Source: Acidimicrobiia bacterium
GTDB taxonomy: Bacteria; Actinomycetota; Acidimicrobiia; Spongiisociales; Spongiisociaceae
DNA length: 64,000 nucleotides
Assembly: GCA_003229305.1 (NCBI GenBank)
Contig: QIDH01000055.1
Span: 3,240-67,239 of the forward strand
Direction: 5' to 3'
Below are positions 18,702 to 27,508 of this stretch, piece after piece (the first letter of the stretch is position 1; every line of letters starts with the position of its first letter). The notes below the pieces were generated by a model. The model searched no databases and had not been told where the DNA came from. It worked only from the letters and a program-made list of their open reading frames with translations. A program made the translations under genes and the position numbers.

Positions 18702-19217
18702 TTGGACGTCGCCTGTGGCACTGGGGAGAATTTCGAATACTTGACCGAGGCCGACAGTGTCGTCGCAGTCGATCTTTCGCAAGAAATGGTGGCCGAGTCT
18801 GCCAAGCGGGGGAACGGATTCGGGGTCGTCGTAGCTGACGCCGAAGATATGCCATACCCGGATGACAGCTTCGACACCGTGGTTTCGGCGATGTCCTCTT
18901 GCACCTTTCCGGACTATGTGGCTGCTTTCAGAGAGATGGAACGGGTCACCAAGCCTGGCGGCCGCATCCTTCTGTTTGAACATGGCCGCTCTTCGTTCGG
19001 TCCGATCGCCAGGCGGCAGCATCGCAGGTGGGTTCACAAGACACTGCGCTCCTTCGCCTGCCGTAGCAACAGGGAGGTCGCATCCGACCTGGCCGAGGCC
19101 GGGCTCACCGTCGAGTCCCATGTCAGGAGCCACCTCGGCATGATCACCGAGTCGTTGTATCGGTGTCTTGATCTCTTGGTCGCGTCTCGTCAGCTGAGGG
19201 TTGCGTCTTCGCCATGA
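18702..19217 (+). CDS. Class I SAM-dependent methyltransferase, apparently N-terminally short (TTG start inside motif I)
   Basis: The (I)LDVACGTG motif I lies at the very start, with motif post-I VVAVDLS and KPGGRILL. An in-frame TGA at 18612 has no ATG/GTG/TTG between it and 18702. Confidence 0.7.
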   Translation: MDVACGTGENFEYLTEADSVVAVDLSQEMVAESAKRGNGFGVVVADAEDMPYPDDSFDTVVSAMSSCTFPDYVAAFREMERVTKPGGRILLFEHGRSSFGPIARRQHRRWVHKTLRSFACRSNREVASDLAEAGLTVESHVRSHLGMITESLYRCLDLLVASRQLRVASSP

Positions 19218-20161
19218 GCCTGCCGGTAACGCTCCTGCGCGTATTCGCGATAGGTGATCGGCTCGTATCTCGCAGGATTCTCCGAATCGCTGAAGCCAGG
19301 CAGACACTCGATCATCGCGTCAGCGTCCGGGTTGCTGAAGTACGCGATCGATTGCCTGCGGGTCGATCCCTGGCTATCAGGTGGTGGGTTGATCACTCTG
19401 TGGAGCGTCGACACCCAGCGATTGTTGGTCCATCTCATCATCGCATCTCCGATGTTCACGACGAATGCGTCTGCGACTGAGACAACATCCATCCACGTGC
19501 CGTCCTTGGCCTGTACCTGTAGTCCGCCTGGCGAATCCTCGGTGTAGAGGATCGTGAGGACCCCGTAATCCGCATGCACCCCGGCCCGGAGTTGGCCAGG
19601 CGCAGGCAGATCGGTGGGTTCTGGATAGTTGAGAATCCGAAGCGAGGAGAGGTCGGTGCCGAATCGACCTTCGAGGTAGTCCTCCGGCAATCCGAGGGCG
19701 GCCATGAAGATCTTCCTCAGGCGCCCAGCCAACCTGCCAAGCGCTGCGTTGTAGGCGAGGCATGCGTCTTGGAGGTCTGGCGGATCAAGGGGCCAGGCGT
19801 CGCCAAGGAACCTGAGGCCGAAATCAAGGGTTTCCTTCAGGTCCTCAGGAGCGTCTTCGCCTGCTGCGGCTCCGAGACTCTCCGCTCGGAACGGAAAATA
19901 CATCAGACCCCCCATGGAATCACCGGTTCGGCCTACATCCATCTTGGTCTTGTCCGGCAGGTCGAAGAAGGTCCGGGCTGAGGCCTTCAGGTGGCCGATC
20001 AGGTCTTTGGGGATCCCGTGGCCAACGATGACGAAGAATCCAATCTCCTCACACGCTCGGGAGATCTGCTCAACGACCTCGCTGAGTGCGCTGCCCAGAC
20101 CCGATTCGAACGGCGAAATGTCGATGATCGGTATTTGAACCCTGTCGTCTTGTCTGCGCAT
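19190..20161 (-). CDS. 2-oxoglutarate/Fe(II)-dependent oxygenase (isopenicillin N synthase-like family)
   Basis: 323-aa ORF with an N-terminal IPIIDISPF plus GFFVIVGHGIP (DIOX_N) and a candidate H-x-D...H facial triad (GVHADYG ... STLHRV). Confidence 0.85.
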   Translation of the reverse strand: MRRQDDRVQIPIIDISPFESGLGSALSEVVEQISRACEEIGFFVIVGHGIPKDLIGHLKASARTFFDLPDKTKMDVGRTGDSMGGLMYFPFRAESLGAAAGEDAPEDLKETLDFGLRFLGDAWPLDPPDLQDACLAYNAALGRLAGRLRKIFMAALGLPEDYLEGRFGTDLSSLRILNYPEPTDLPAPGQLRAGVHADYGVLTILYTEDSPGGLQVQAKDGTWMDVVSVADAFVVNIGDAMMRWTNNRWVSTLHRVINPPPDSQGSTRRQSIAYFSNPDADAMIECLPGFSDSENPARYEPITYREYAQERYRQAHGEDATLS

Positions 20162-20475
20162 CAGACCAGGACTCCTTGGTCGGCGTCTACCGCGGGCCCT
20201 CAGAAGCTGCTGGAGAACCTCGATTTTCGGACTGTACCCGTGCCTGCCATGGCGTCAACTTGTGGTCGATGTTCGTTGGCCGAGAGCCGGTTGCAAGAAG
20301 TCGGGCCACACCTCGTGCGCATGGGCTCGATCTTTCTGGTACAACCGGCTGGCAGGCGGAGGCTCTTCGGTTCGGACGAGACAACCCGGGGCCGGCGTTG
20401 TGGCCGGCGGTGAGGTTGGTTCCCTATCTTGTCGCGGCCGGAAACGATTGCGTTGTGGCACCAGGGTTTGTCTGC

Positions 20476-21204
20476 ATGACGCTTGAGCGAGTCGACTTTG
20501 CGACCGATAGAGGCACAGATGGGTACCAGATGACACCGATTCTCCTAACTGCTGACGAAAGCCCCGCCGGCCACCCGTGTGCGTCCACCAAGCACTACCG
20601 GTCCGACCTCGCCCTCTTGAACTACCTTCTCCAAGACCTGCGCGCCCTTGTTCGCAAGGCGGTCTATGGAGACATCGCCCTTACCGCACACGAGACCTTG
20701 ACGTGGGAGGTGCACGGTCTCCGCAGGCGGACCGTCATTTGCGATCCGAACCGACTGTCAGGACGCACCGACTTCAGCATCGTCGGATTCTTTGGCGACA
20801 GGAGGCCGGAGTCCGACGACGAGCCGATTGAGGAGGTGGAGGTTGGACTCCTTGCCGAGTTCAGGAACTACCCGGGAATACTGAGCTACAGCTCCGTGGA
20901 GTTGGTCGACAAACATTGGGCCAATCTCGTGGTCCACACCGAGCCCGCGGATCGCGAAGCATGGAGGAACAGCAAGATCCACGTGCACGCTGCTGAGGTG
21001 ATGGCCCCAGAAATCTACCGGAGCGTTCGAATCAACAACGGTTCTCTGTACGACGGTGTGATCGGTTCGGAAACGATTGTCATCGAGAGCACCAAATATT
21101 GGGATTACGACTACAAGCCGACCTGGCACGGGCTCCGGACACTGCTGGGAGGAGCTACCGAGAAGGTCGAGGCCCCATTCGCCGAGGGGTCGGAAACTCC
21201 CTGA
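20476..21204 (+). CDS. Hypothetical protein (242 aa)
   Basis: Long ORF with coding-like composition. ATG at 20476 is chosen because the upstream 100 codons look non-coding (Arg/Gly/Pro shadow). No family recognised. Confidence 0.45.
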   Translation: MTLERVDFATDRGTDGYQMTPILLTADESPAGHPCASTKHYRSDLALLNYLLQDLRALVRKAVYGDIALTAHETLTWEVHGLRRRTVICDPNRLSGRTDFSIVGFFGDRRPESDDEPIEEVEVGLLAEFRNYPGILSYSSVELVDKHWANLVVHTEPADREAWRNSKIHVHAAEVMAPEIYRSVRINNGSLYDGVIGSETIVIESTKYWDYDYKPTWHGLRTLLGGATEKVEAPFAEGSETP

Positions 21205-21232
21205 GGCCGGTCGCCCTAAATCCGTCAAGAAA

Positions 21233-21466
21233 ATGTCGCGACAGACGAAACTGTTGGGCATGGAACGCCAACATGTGCTCAGCGCGGTGCGTGGGATGAA
21301 CTCGACCGACGTCCGCTGCTGCGAGTGCGGGTATGCATACCGAGAGATAACCCAGGATCGGACCATGACCCGGTTGGCGCGACGCCAGTGGATAGATCAA
21401 GGCGATCCGAATGTAGTCCACCGCGGCGTCAACAACGCAGATTATCGCCGGGCCGACTCGGCCTGA
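21233..21466 (+). CDS. Possible small hypothetical protein (77 aa)
   Basis: ATG at 21233 in an otherwise empty 310-nt gap. No recognisable motif apart from a CCECG cluster. Confidence 0.2.
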   Translation: MSRQTKLLGMERQHVLSAVRGMNSTDVRCCECGYAYREITQDRTMTRLARRQWIDQGDPNVVHRGVNNADYRRADSA

Positions 21467-21517
21467 CGGCCTTCTAGAGCCCAGGTCCTGAATCTTCGCG
21501 AAGTACGCTGCGCGTCC

Positions 21518-22255
21518 ATGTCGATCACTCAGGCTTTGATCTTGTATGCAGCGGGAGTCGGTGCAGGCTTCATCAACGCGGTCGCGGGCGGAGGCTCGGC
21601 GATCACCTTGCCGGTGTTGGTAGAACTGGTCGGCGAAACTCTCGCAAACGGAACCAACCGTGTGGCAATCATGATCTCCAATGTCGTCGCAGCCTACGGA
21701 TATGAAAAGGACAAGAAGGTTCCCTGGAAACTGACCAGAACTCTGATCCCGCCTGCGGCGGTCGGGGCAGGACTCGGAGCCTGGGTCGCCACTCAACTCT
21801 CCCCAGGAGCCATCCGGACGGCGTTCGGCGTTGTGCTGATATTGATCGCTGTTTCCGTGCTGGCCGGGCCAAAGGTCTGGCTCGAAGAAGTGGAGCCGCG
21901 GCTGCGGCAACCCTGGACAACGCTGGTGTTCCTGGGAATCGGATTCTATGGCGGCTTCGTTCAGGCGGGGGTCGGGTTCTTGTTATTGGCTGGGCTGATT
22001 TTCGGAACAGGCGTCGACCTTGTCACGGGAAACGCTGCCAAGGTCGTGATCGTGGCCGGATACACCTGGATCGCGCTGTTGCTGTTCATATTCGCCGGGC
22101 AGGTCGATTTCGGTCTTGGACTGGTGCTCGCAGCCGGCAACTCGAGTGGCGCATATGTGTCTGCGAGACTCGCCGTGAAGAAGGGAGCAGGCTGGGTCCG
22201 CTGGGTTCTGGTGGTCGCTGCCCTGGCCGCAGCAGCCCGGATGCTGTTCGCCTGA
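21518..22255 (+). CDS. TauE/SafE family sulfite/organosulfonate exporter-like membrane protein
   Basis: 245-aa polytopic ORF with AGVGAGFINAVAGGGSAITLPVL and a repeated second half typical of TauE/SafE. Confidence 0.8.
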   Translation: MSITQALILYAAGVGAGFINAVAGGGSAITLPVLVELVGETLANGTNRVAIMISNVVAAYGYEKDKKVPWKLTRTLIPPAAVGAGLGAWVATQLSPGAIRTAFGVVLILIAVSVLAGPKVWLEEVEPRLRQPWTTLVFLGIGFYGGFVQAGVGFLLLAGLIFGTGVDLVTGNAAKVVIVAGYTWIALLLFIFAGQVDFGLGLVLAAGNSSGAYVSARLAVKKGAGWVRWVLVVAALAAAARMLFA

Positions 22256-22279
22256 TCGGTTCGGGCCAGGTGCCAGCCG

Positions 22280-22870
22280 CTACGCCTCTTTCGCTACCGG
22301 GCCAGGAGAGCGGGCCTCGCGCACTGTGGCTCCGGTGAAGCGAGCTCTGATGTCTGCTTCGTATCGGGCATCGACGATTGATCGCCAGACCGGCGCAAGG
22401 ACGACGCCGAGTCCAGCCAATCCGATGGACAAACCTGTGAACCACACAAGAGATGCGATCCCGTCTGAAAGATCGACGAGACCCCATCTGCCCAGCAGAA
22501 AGGCCCAATCATGTTGGCCTCCAATCAGTGGGAGGTCCTGAAAAGGGGCGTCTGCGATGTAGATCGAGACGTTCTGCGCTGCTGTTGCCGCCCACCCCAG
22601 CATCAGGCCGCTGGCGATCTCGTCACGTTGGCTCAGCCAGAAGTATGCGCCGAGCCCGAGCGGCACGGATATCTGGGCCACCGAACCGGCCAAGAACTGG
22701 GGGACGACACCGAAGCCCGATCCGAGAAGATGTCCTAGTTCGTGAAAACCGAGATCCACCAGGCTCAACAGGGGAATGCTCCGTCCGGCGGCAAATGCTG
22801 CGCCGATTCCGAGCGCGACGATCAACGAAACGATGATCGAAAGTGCGTTGGCGCGGAACTCGGTTGTCAT
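22280..22870 (-). CDS. Polytopic membrane protein with an HExxH motif (putative intramembrane zinc metalloprotease)
   Basis: ATG at 22870 (MTTEFRANALSIIVSL...). A GFHELGHLLG motif lies at the end of TM helix 2, followed by several further TM helices. Confidence 0.5.
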   Translation of the reverse strand: MTTEFRANALSIIVSLIVALGIGAAFAAGRSIPLLSLVDLGFHELGHLLGSGFGVVPQFLAGSVAQISVPLGLGAYFWLSQRDEIASGLMLGWAATAAQNVSIYIADAPFQDLPLIGGQHDWAFLLGRWGLVDLSDGIASLVWFTGLSIGLAGLGVVLAPVWRSIVDARYEADIRARFTGATVREARSPGPVAKEA

Positions 22871-22970
22871 ATGGCGGTATCGACATTTGGAGGCCGAATC
22901 TGGAATTCGGGCGGCTAATTGGGTACCGGGACCCAGCGGCGACATCTTTGGGGCGCTGTAATCTCAACCT

Positions 22971-24101
22971 GTGACGAACTCTGCACCCGATGATCGTTCA
23001 AGGCGTCTGCTGGCTTTCGGCTTCGGTGTGGTCGCATTGATCATCGGCGTCGCGGCTTTCCTCATGATCAGAGGCGGAGGTCCGGCCCTGTTGCCGGATC
23101 TGGAATCGTTGCCGCCGGGCGCGCCGGCCTTTGCTGTCGTCGAATGGCCGCCGGATTCCGGGAATCTCGGTTTGATGCTCCGGTTCGACGGCGTGATTGC
23201 CAACGTCGGGGAGGGGCCTCTGTTTGTGGACGGGGATCCGAGCGGACTGTCCCAGACCGCGGACCCGATCGCCCAGGTCCTGTTTGACGCGTCTGGTTCG
23301 ATCGTTGACCGGCTGCCCCTGTCAATCGGATCCTCAGAATCCGATGTGCGCTTCGAGAACTCCGATGGTCATGGCCACTGGCATCTCATGAGTGTGGCCG
23401 AGTATTCGCTTTGGTCGGACTCTGAGGACCTGCGATTAGTCGCAGGATCCAAGATCGGATTCTGTTTGGCGGACGTACAGCCGGTCGATGACTACGAGGG
23501 GGAGTTGACGACGGCCGTCTATGACGCCGCCAATCAGTGCGCGCCGGGAGATTCAGAGGCAGCGTTTCTGGCAATGGGGATTTCCGCCGGCTGGGCAGAC
23601 GTGTACTCGTTCTCGATCGCCCTGCAATGGATCGATGTGACCGACGTGGCACCTGGCGTCTATCGACTGGCAGGCGTGGCAGACCCAGGCGGCGTGCTGG
23701 CCGAGTCCAATGACAACAACTTGCTCGTTTTCAGGCCGGAACCGGTGATTGTGCCGGGCTTCCTGGCTGTCGAGGCTCAGGTCGACGTGCGTGGTAGCAC
23801 TGCATTCCGGCTGTCCGCTGACGCTTTCCAAGGCGACCTCGACCTCGGCCTCGAAGGCGAGGACGCGCAGGATCCCGTGGCGGTCGCCGCAGGTTCGCCT
23901 CGGTTCGTGGTAGTGGAGCCGCCAAGCAATGGCTCGCTCAACGTGGAGGTCGGAGTCGAATTCGAAGCCCCAGACATCGTCTATACGCCGGCGGTCGGAT
24001 TCGTCGGTGTCGACTCGTTCACATTTGTCGCGATCGATCCCGGTTTCGACGATCCGCGGCCGCCGAATACTGCGGTGGTCACCCTCAACGTGGTTGGTTG
24101 A
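22971..24101 (+). CDS. Lysyl oxidase-like copper amine oxidase with N-terminal membrane anchor and C-terminal Ig/cadherin-like domain
   Basis: HGHWH copper-binding His triad. SKIGFCLADV aligns with the LTQ lysine context of animal LOX (HKASFCLEDT). GWADVY aligns with the LTQ tyrosine. QWIDVTDVAPGVY matches LOX QWIDITDVKPGNY. Confidence 0.75.
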   Translation: MTNSAPDDRSRRLLAFGFGVVALIIGVAAFLMIRGGGPALLPDLESLPPGAPAFAVVEWPPDSGNLGLMLRFDGVIANVGEGPLFVDGDPSGLSQTADPIAQVLFDASGSIVDRLPLSIGSSESDVRFENSDGHGHWHLMSVAEYSLWSDSEDLRLVAGSKIGFCLADVQPVDDYEGELTTAVYDAANQCAPGDSEAAFLAMGISAGWADVYSFSIALQWIDVTDVAPGVYRLAGVADPGGVLAESNDNNLLVFRPEPVIVPGFLAVEAQVDVRGSTAFRLSADAFQGDLDLGLEGEDAQDPVAVAAGSPRFVVVEPPSNGSLNVEVGVEFEAPDIVYTPAVGFVGVDSFTFVAIDPGFDDPRPPNTAVVTLNVVG

Positions 24102-25461
24102 CGGACGCGCCATCGGGGGACGACGACGCCAGTCCGTGTTCAGTCGCCGTTTGGTCTTCGTAGAACCGCCAGGCCAGCAACATCGCGACCGATGTCGAGA
24201 CCAATGCAATCAAAGTAAGGCCCTGGTAGGTACTCAGTATGGCTTCGGCTCCCGACTCGACGGCGAGCCTTTCCTCAAATCGACGAATGAAGAATGTGAG
24301 CAAAGGCACGGCGGTCATCAGCGCGGCCACCGCGAGACTGAAACCAAGCAATCCGCCGGCGATACCCAGCCTGGCGGGTTCAACCGATCCCATGATGAAG
24401 GTGTAGTTGGCGGCAAGGAAGGCTCCGGCGCCGATGCCGATCATGGCCCCAGCCGAGAGACCGAGCCACAGCCCGGTGTCCGTCCCCAAAGCCTGGGTGG
24501 CAAGGAATCCGACGACCAGCAGCGCCAACCCTTTCAAGGCGACCGGTCGAGGTCCGGACCGATCGACCACCCGACCGGCAATGGCGGCGCTGAGGAGCCA
24601 GGTTATCGCCACGGCAAGGGGGAGGACATCGTCGAAGACTGCGCCGAGCAGGTAGGCCTGGTCCAGACTGGCCAGCGTCGCAGCGAACAAGAAGCCGTTG
24701 AACAACGCCGCGCTGAAACCTCTGGACTTGAAAATCTCGGGGTTGAGCAGCGGACTGTCGACTCTTGACTCTATCCAAACGAAGTTGACCATCAGAATGG
24801 CCGACATCGCCAAGAGGACCAGTACCCATCCATTGGCGAAACCGTTCTCGTAGCCGAAAACGAAGCCCAAGATCAGGCAAACGGTCGAACCGGTGAACAC
24901 GGCGGCTCCTACCCCGTCAAAGCTCTCTTCGCTCGACCTGGGTGAAGAAACAATAAGCCGCCGGGAAGCGACCGCGCCGATCACGGCGACGGGCAGGCTG
25001 AGCAAAGAGACCCATTGCCAACCGACCGCATATGTGAACAACCCCCCAACTACCGATCCGATCAATCCGGCCGACACCAAGATCCCAAAGGCTCTACCCC
25101 GCTCCGACGGCGGAGTCGCTTCGACCAAGAGGCCCAGGCCCAGCGATAGCAATAACGCGGCGCCGACGGCCTGGAATGCCCGGAACACAACCAGCAACGA
25201 GAAGTTGGGAGCCAGACCGTACAGGGGAGAGGCGACTGCCAGGATCACGAATCCGTACGGAAAGAGCTTGTTCCTCCCCTTCAGATCTCCGAGTCTGCCT
25301 GAGATCACCAACAACGGCGTCGATACCAACAAGAAGGCGACGCGCACCCAGCCGACCGAACGAATCCTGACGAGGTCACTGACAATGAACGATCCCACCG
25401 AATCCGTCGCCACCACGGCATTGATCGCGACCAACACAACTCCGAGAGCGACGATGGCCAA
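24085..25461 (-). CDS. MFS transporter (DHA2-like, about 14 TM)
   Basis: 458-aa polytopic ORF with the GRLGDLKGRNKLF MFS loop 2-3 motif. Confidence 0.85.
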   Translation of the reverse strand: MAIVALGVVLVAINAVVATDSVGSFIVSDLVRIRSVGWVRVAFLLVSTPLLVISGRLGDLKGRNKLFPYGFVILAVASPLYGLAPNFSLLVVFRAFQAVGAALLLSLGLGLLVEATPPSERGRAFGILVSAGLIGSVVGGLFTYAVGWQWVSLLSLPVAVIGAVASRRLIVSSPRSSEESFDGVGAAVFTGSTVCLILGFVFGYENGFANGWVLVLLAMSAILMVNFVWIESRVDSPLLNPEIFKSRGFSAALFNGFLFAATLASLDQAYLLGAVFDDVLPLAVAITWLLSAAIAGRVVDRSGPRPVALKGLALLVVGFLATQALGTDTGLWLGLSAGAMIGIGAGAFLAANYTFIMGSVEPARLGIAGGLLGFSLAVAALMTAVPLLTFFIRRFEERLAVESGAEAILSTYQGLTLIALVSTSVAMLLAWRFYEDQTATEHGLASSSPDGASVNQPR

Positions 25462-25523
25462 TACGAGCCACTTCTGGCGGTCGTCCGCGAGTGGGGGAGT
25501 GTCGTTTGGTTCGGGATCTAAGG

Positions 25524-25745
25524 CTATTTATATCTCCAGACGATGCGTCCGCGGCTCGGGTCGTAAGAAGACAGCTCGAGATCGACCTTGTCACCGGGAA
25601 GAATGCGGATGAATCGGCCTCGCCGCATCTTTCCTGATGCACGGGCCAAAACTTCCAACCCCCCGTCGATTTCTACTTTGAACATTGCGTTCGGCAGGGT
25701 TTCAACAATTGTTCCCTGTACACGAAGGACGTCGTCCTTTGGCAA
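25524..25745 (-). CDS. infA: Translation initiation factor IF-1
   Basis: 73-aa ORF reading [26 protein letters not shown]...[35 protein letters not shown], the canonical IF-1 S1 fold sequence. Confidence 0.97.
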   Translation of the reverse strand: MPKDDVLRVQGTIVETLPNAMFKVEIDGGLEVLARASGKMRRGRFIRILPGDKVDLELSSYDPSRGRIVWRYK

Positions 25746-25919
25746 TAGGTTTCCTTTGGTATGACAGTGTTACGGCCAGCGCAGACGTTGTCGTGCGACG
25801 GCTCGGAGAGGGTACCGTACCTGACGCAAAGGCGTCATTTCTAGTGGCCCGCGACTTAGCTGGCGCGGGCGCCACGGTCCTGAAGCCTCCCAGGACACAG
25901 AACGGGCCCAAGGCCTGGA

Positions 25920-27341
25920 CTATTCCGCCGTCTTTGAGCGCGCATTCAACGTCGCATGCACCTGATCGATGTCATTGGCGCACGTCTTCGACGCCTTCCA
26001 ATACAAATAGCCGGTCGGCAAGAAGAAGATTTGGAACATTGCGAGCCCCAGGGAGTAGTTGGTCGGCACACTGAAACTGGATGCAAGCCTGCCGGCGGCG
26101 ACCCCGGTGAGTCCCTGCCCGATTGATCGCCCGACGCCGTTCACCAGATTCCCGAGACCGAAGATGGTGCCCCTGTGCTCAGGAAGGTTCACATCCGTGA
26201 GAAGGGCGAACCAGTTCGGTGAGTCCGCCGAGGTGAAAGTGAGAGCAACCAATGCGACGACGAAACTGGCCGCCACGAAGGGGTTGGTGAACACGCTTCC
26301 GAACGTTGCCAATACCACCGCCGTGGCATCACCGTCCGTAGGAACGTCGAGTCCATTCAACGGAATGAAGAAGAAGACGACAAAGAACGGCACGGCGGCC
26401 AATATGCCGGTCGCAGAGATGAGAGCCCTCGCCCTCGGCGTCCGCTTTTGCAACCGGTCGCCAAGCCACCCTGACGCGATTGAGGTGATACCGCCGAGCT
26501 GGAACATCACCCCGAACAAAGCCCCAACCGTTGTCGCAGTGACGATGCTGTAACCCTGCGCCTCGACTTTGGCTTGGTAGAGCAACGGCACCCAGATCAG
26601 CGAGCCGTAGGCGATCTGCGCCGAAAAACCCTGGAGGATCAGCCAGCGGTTGGTCGGCTTGTCAATCAGCATCTTGACGTCCGCCAGGGCGATCGTGTGT
26701 TCGTACTCGGAGCCAGAGTCGAACAGGGGGGACAGTGCAGGTTCGGCCCTGCCCCTTGGAGGATTGAAAGTGGTGAGGAAAGCCAGTGCGACGACCACCC
26801 CCGTGCCGGCCACCACGAGAAACGCCTTGCGCCAGTCCTCGGCCCCAAGCAGCCCGCCCGCTGCCAGCCCAACAATGCCGCCCGCGCCTTGTGACAGACC
26901 CCAGAAACTCATCGCGACGCCCCTCCTGGCCGGCGAGATGAAGTCAGAGATAACCGAAAACCCTACAGAGGCGATCGAGCCCAATCCGATTCCGGTGATG
27001 ACCGACCAGCCTGCAACACCCAGGAGCGAATCGGCCGTGGTGGTGAGGAAAAGCCCCGCCGACCATACGATCGTGCCCCAGAAGAGCAGGTTCTTGCGGT
27101 TGCCCTTGTCGCCGAGATATCCCCAACCGACGGCCGTCAAAGCTGAGACGAGAATGGTCAAAGCCGTGACCCAGCCGAGGCTCCCGACGTCTGTGCCTAT
27201 GTCTTGTGCCATCACTCTGAGTAGGGCCGGGTACAACGCACCCGCCGCATTGTCGAGTGAGGCCAAGAGTACGAAGATGACGACCGTGTAACGAACGTGG
27301 CCGACCCCGCCCCAGAAGGCCGGGCGCCTGGTAGAAGACAT
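25920..27341 (-). CDS. MFS transporter
   Basis: The ATG at 27341 (MSSTRRPAFWGG...) precedes the first TM helix. The protein is polytopic with a GYLGDKGNRKNLL MFS motif. The 5' part of ORF 25920..27548 looks non-coding. Confidence 0.8.
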   Translation of the reverse strand: MSSTRRPAFWGGVGHVRYTVVIFVLLASLDNAAGALYPALLRVMAQDIGTDVGSLGWVTALTILVSALTAVGWGYLGDKGNRKNLLFWGTIVWSAGLFLTTTADSLLGVAGWSVITGIGLGSIASVGFSVISDFISPARRGVAMSFWGLSQGAGGIVGLAAGGLLGAEDWRKAFLVVAGTGVVVALAFLTTFNPPRGRAEPALSPLFDSGSEYEHTIALADVKMLIDKPTNRWLILQGFSAQIAYGSLIWVPLLYQAKVEAQGYSIVTATTVGALFGVMFQLGGITSIASGWLGDRLQKRTPRARALISATGILAAVPFFVVFFFIPLNGLDVPTDGDATAVVLATFGSVFTNPFVAASFVVALVALTFTSADSPNWFALLTDVNLPEHRGTIFGLGNLVNGVGRSIGQGLTGVAAGRLASSFSVPTNYSLGLAMFQIFFLPTGYLYWKASKTCANDIDQVHATLNARSKTAE

Positions 27342-27508
27342 CTCGGGGACGGTAGTGCCAAGTCCGGGGTCCTCCTGGCAGATCGAGCTGACGTCTGCTG
27401 AACAGCGATAAGGCGAGATCGGGTCGTAGCATCTGGTTATGAGTCTCCACAGCTTGAAGGGTCTGGTCGGAAGTCCACCGGTCGCGGTCCATCGGGAATG
27501 CCCGCGCC

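Noticed and set aside
20176-20475. N-terminal 100 codons of ORF 20176-21204, and likewise 25920-27548 beyond 27341 and 55930-56139
   Set aside because: These upstream extensions have Arg/Pro/Gly-rich non-coding character and overlap intergenic repeats or promoters. Internal ATGs give proteins that start at the first conserved or TM segment.
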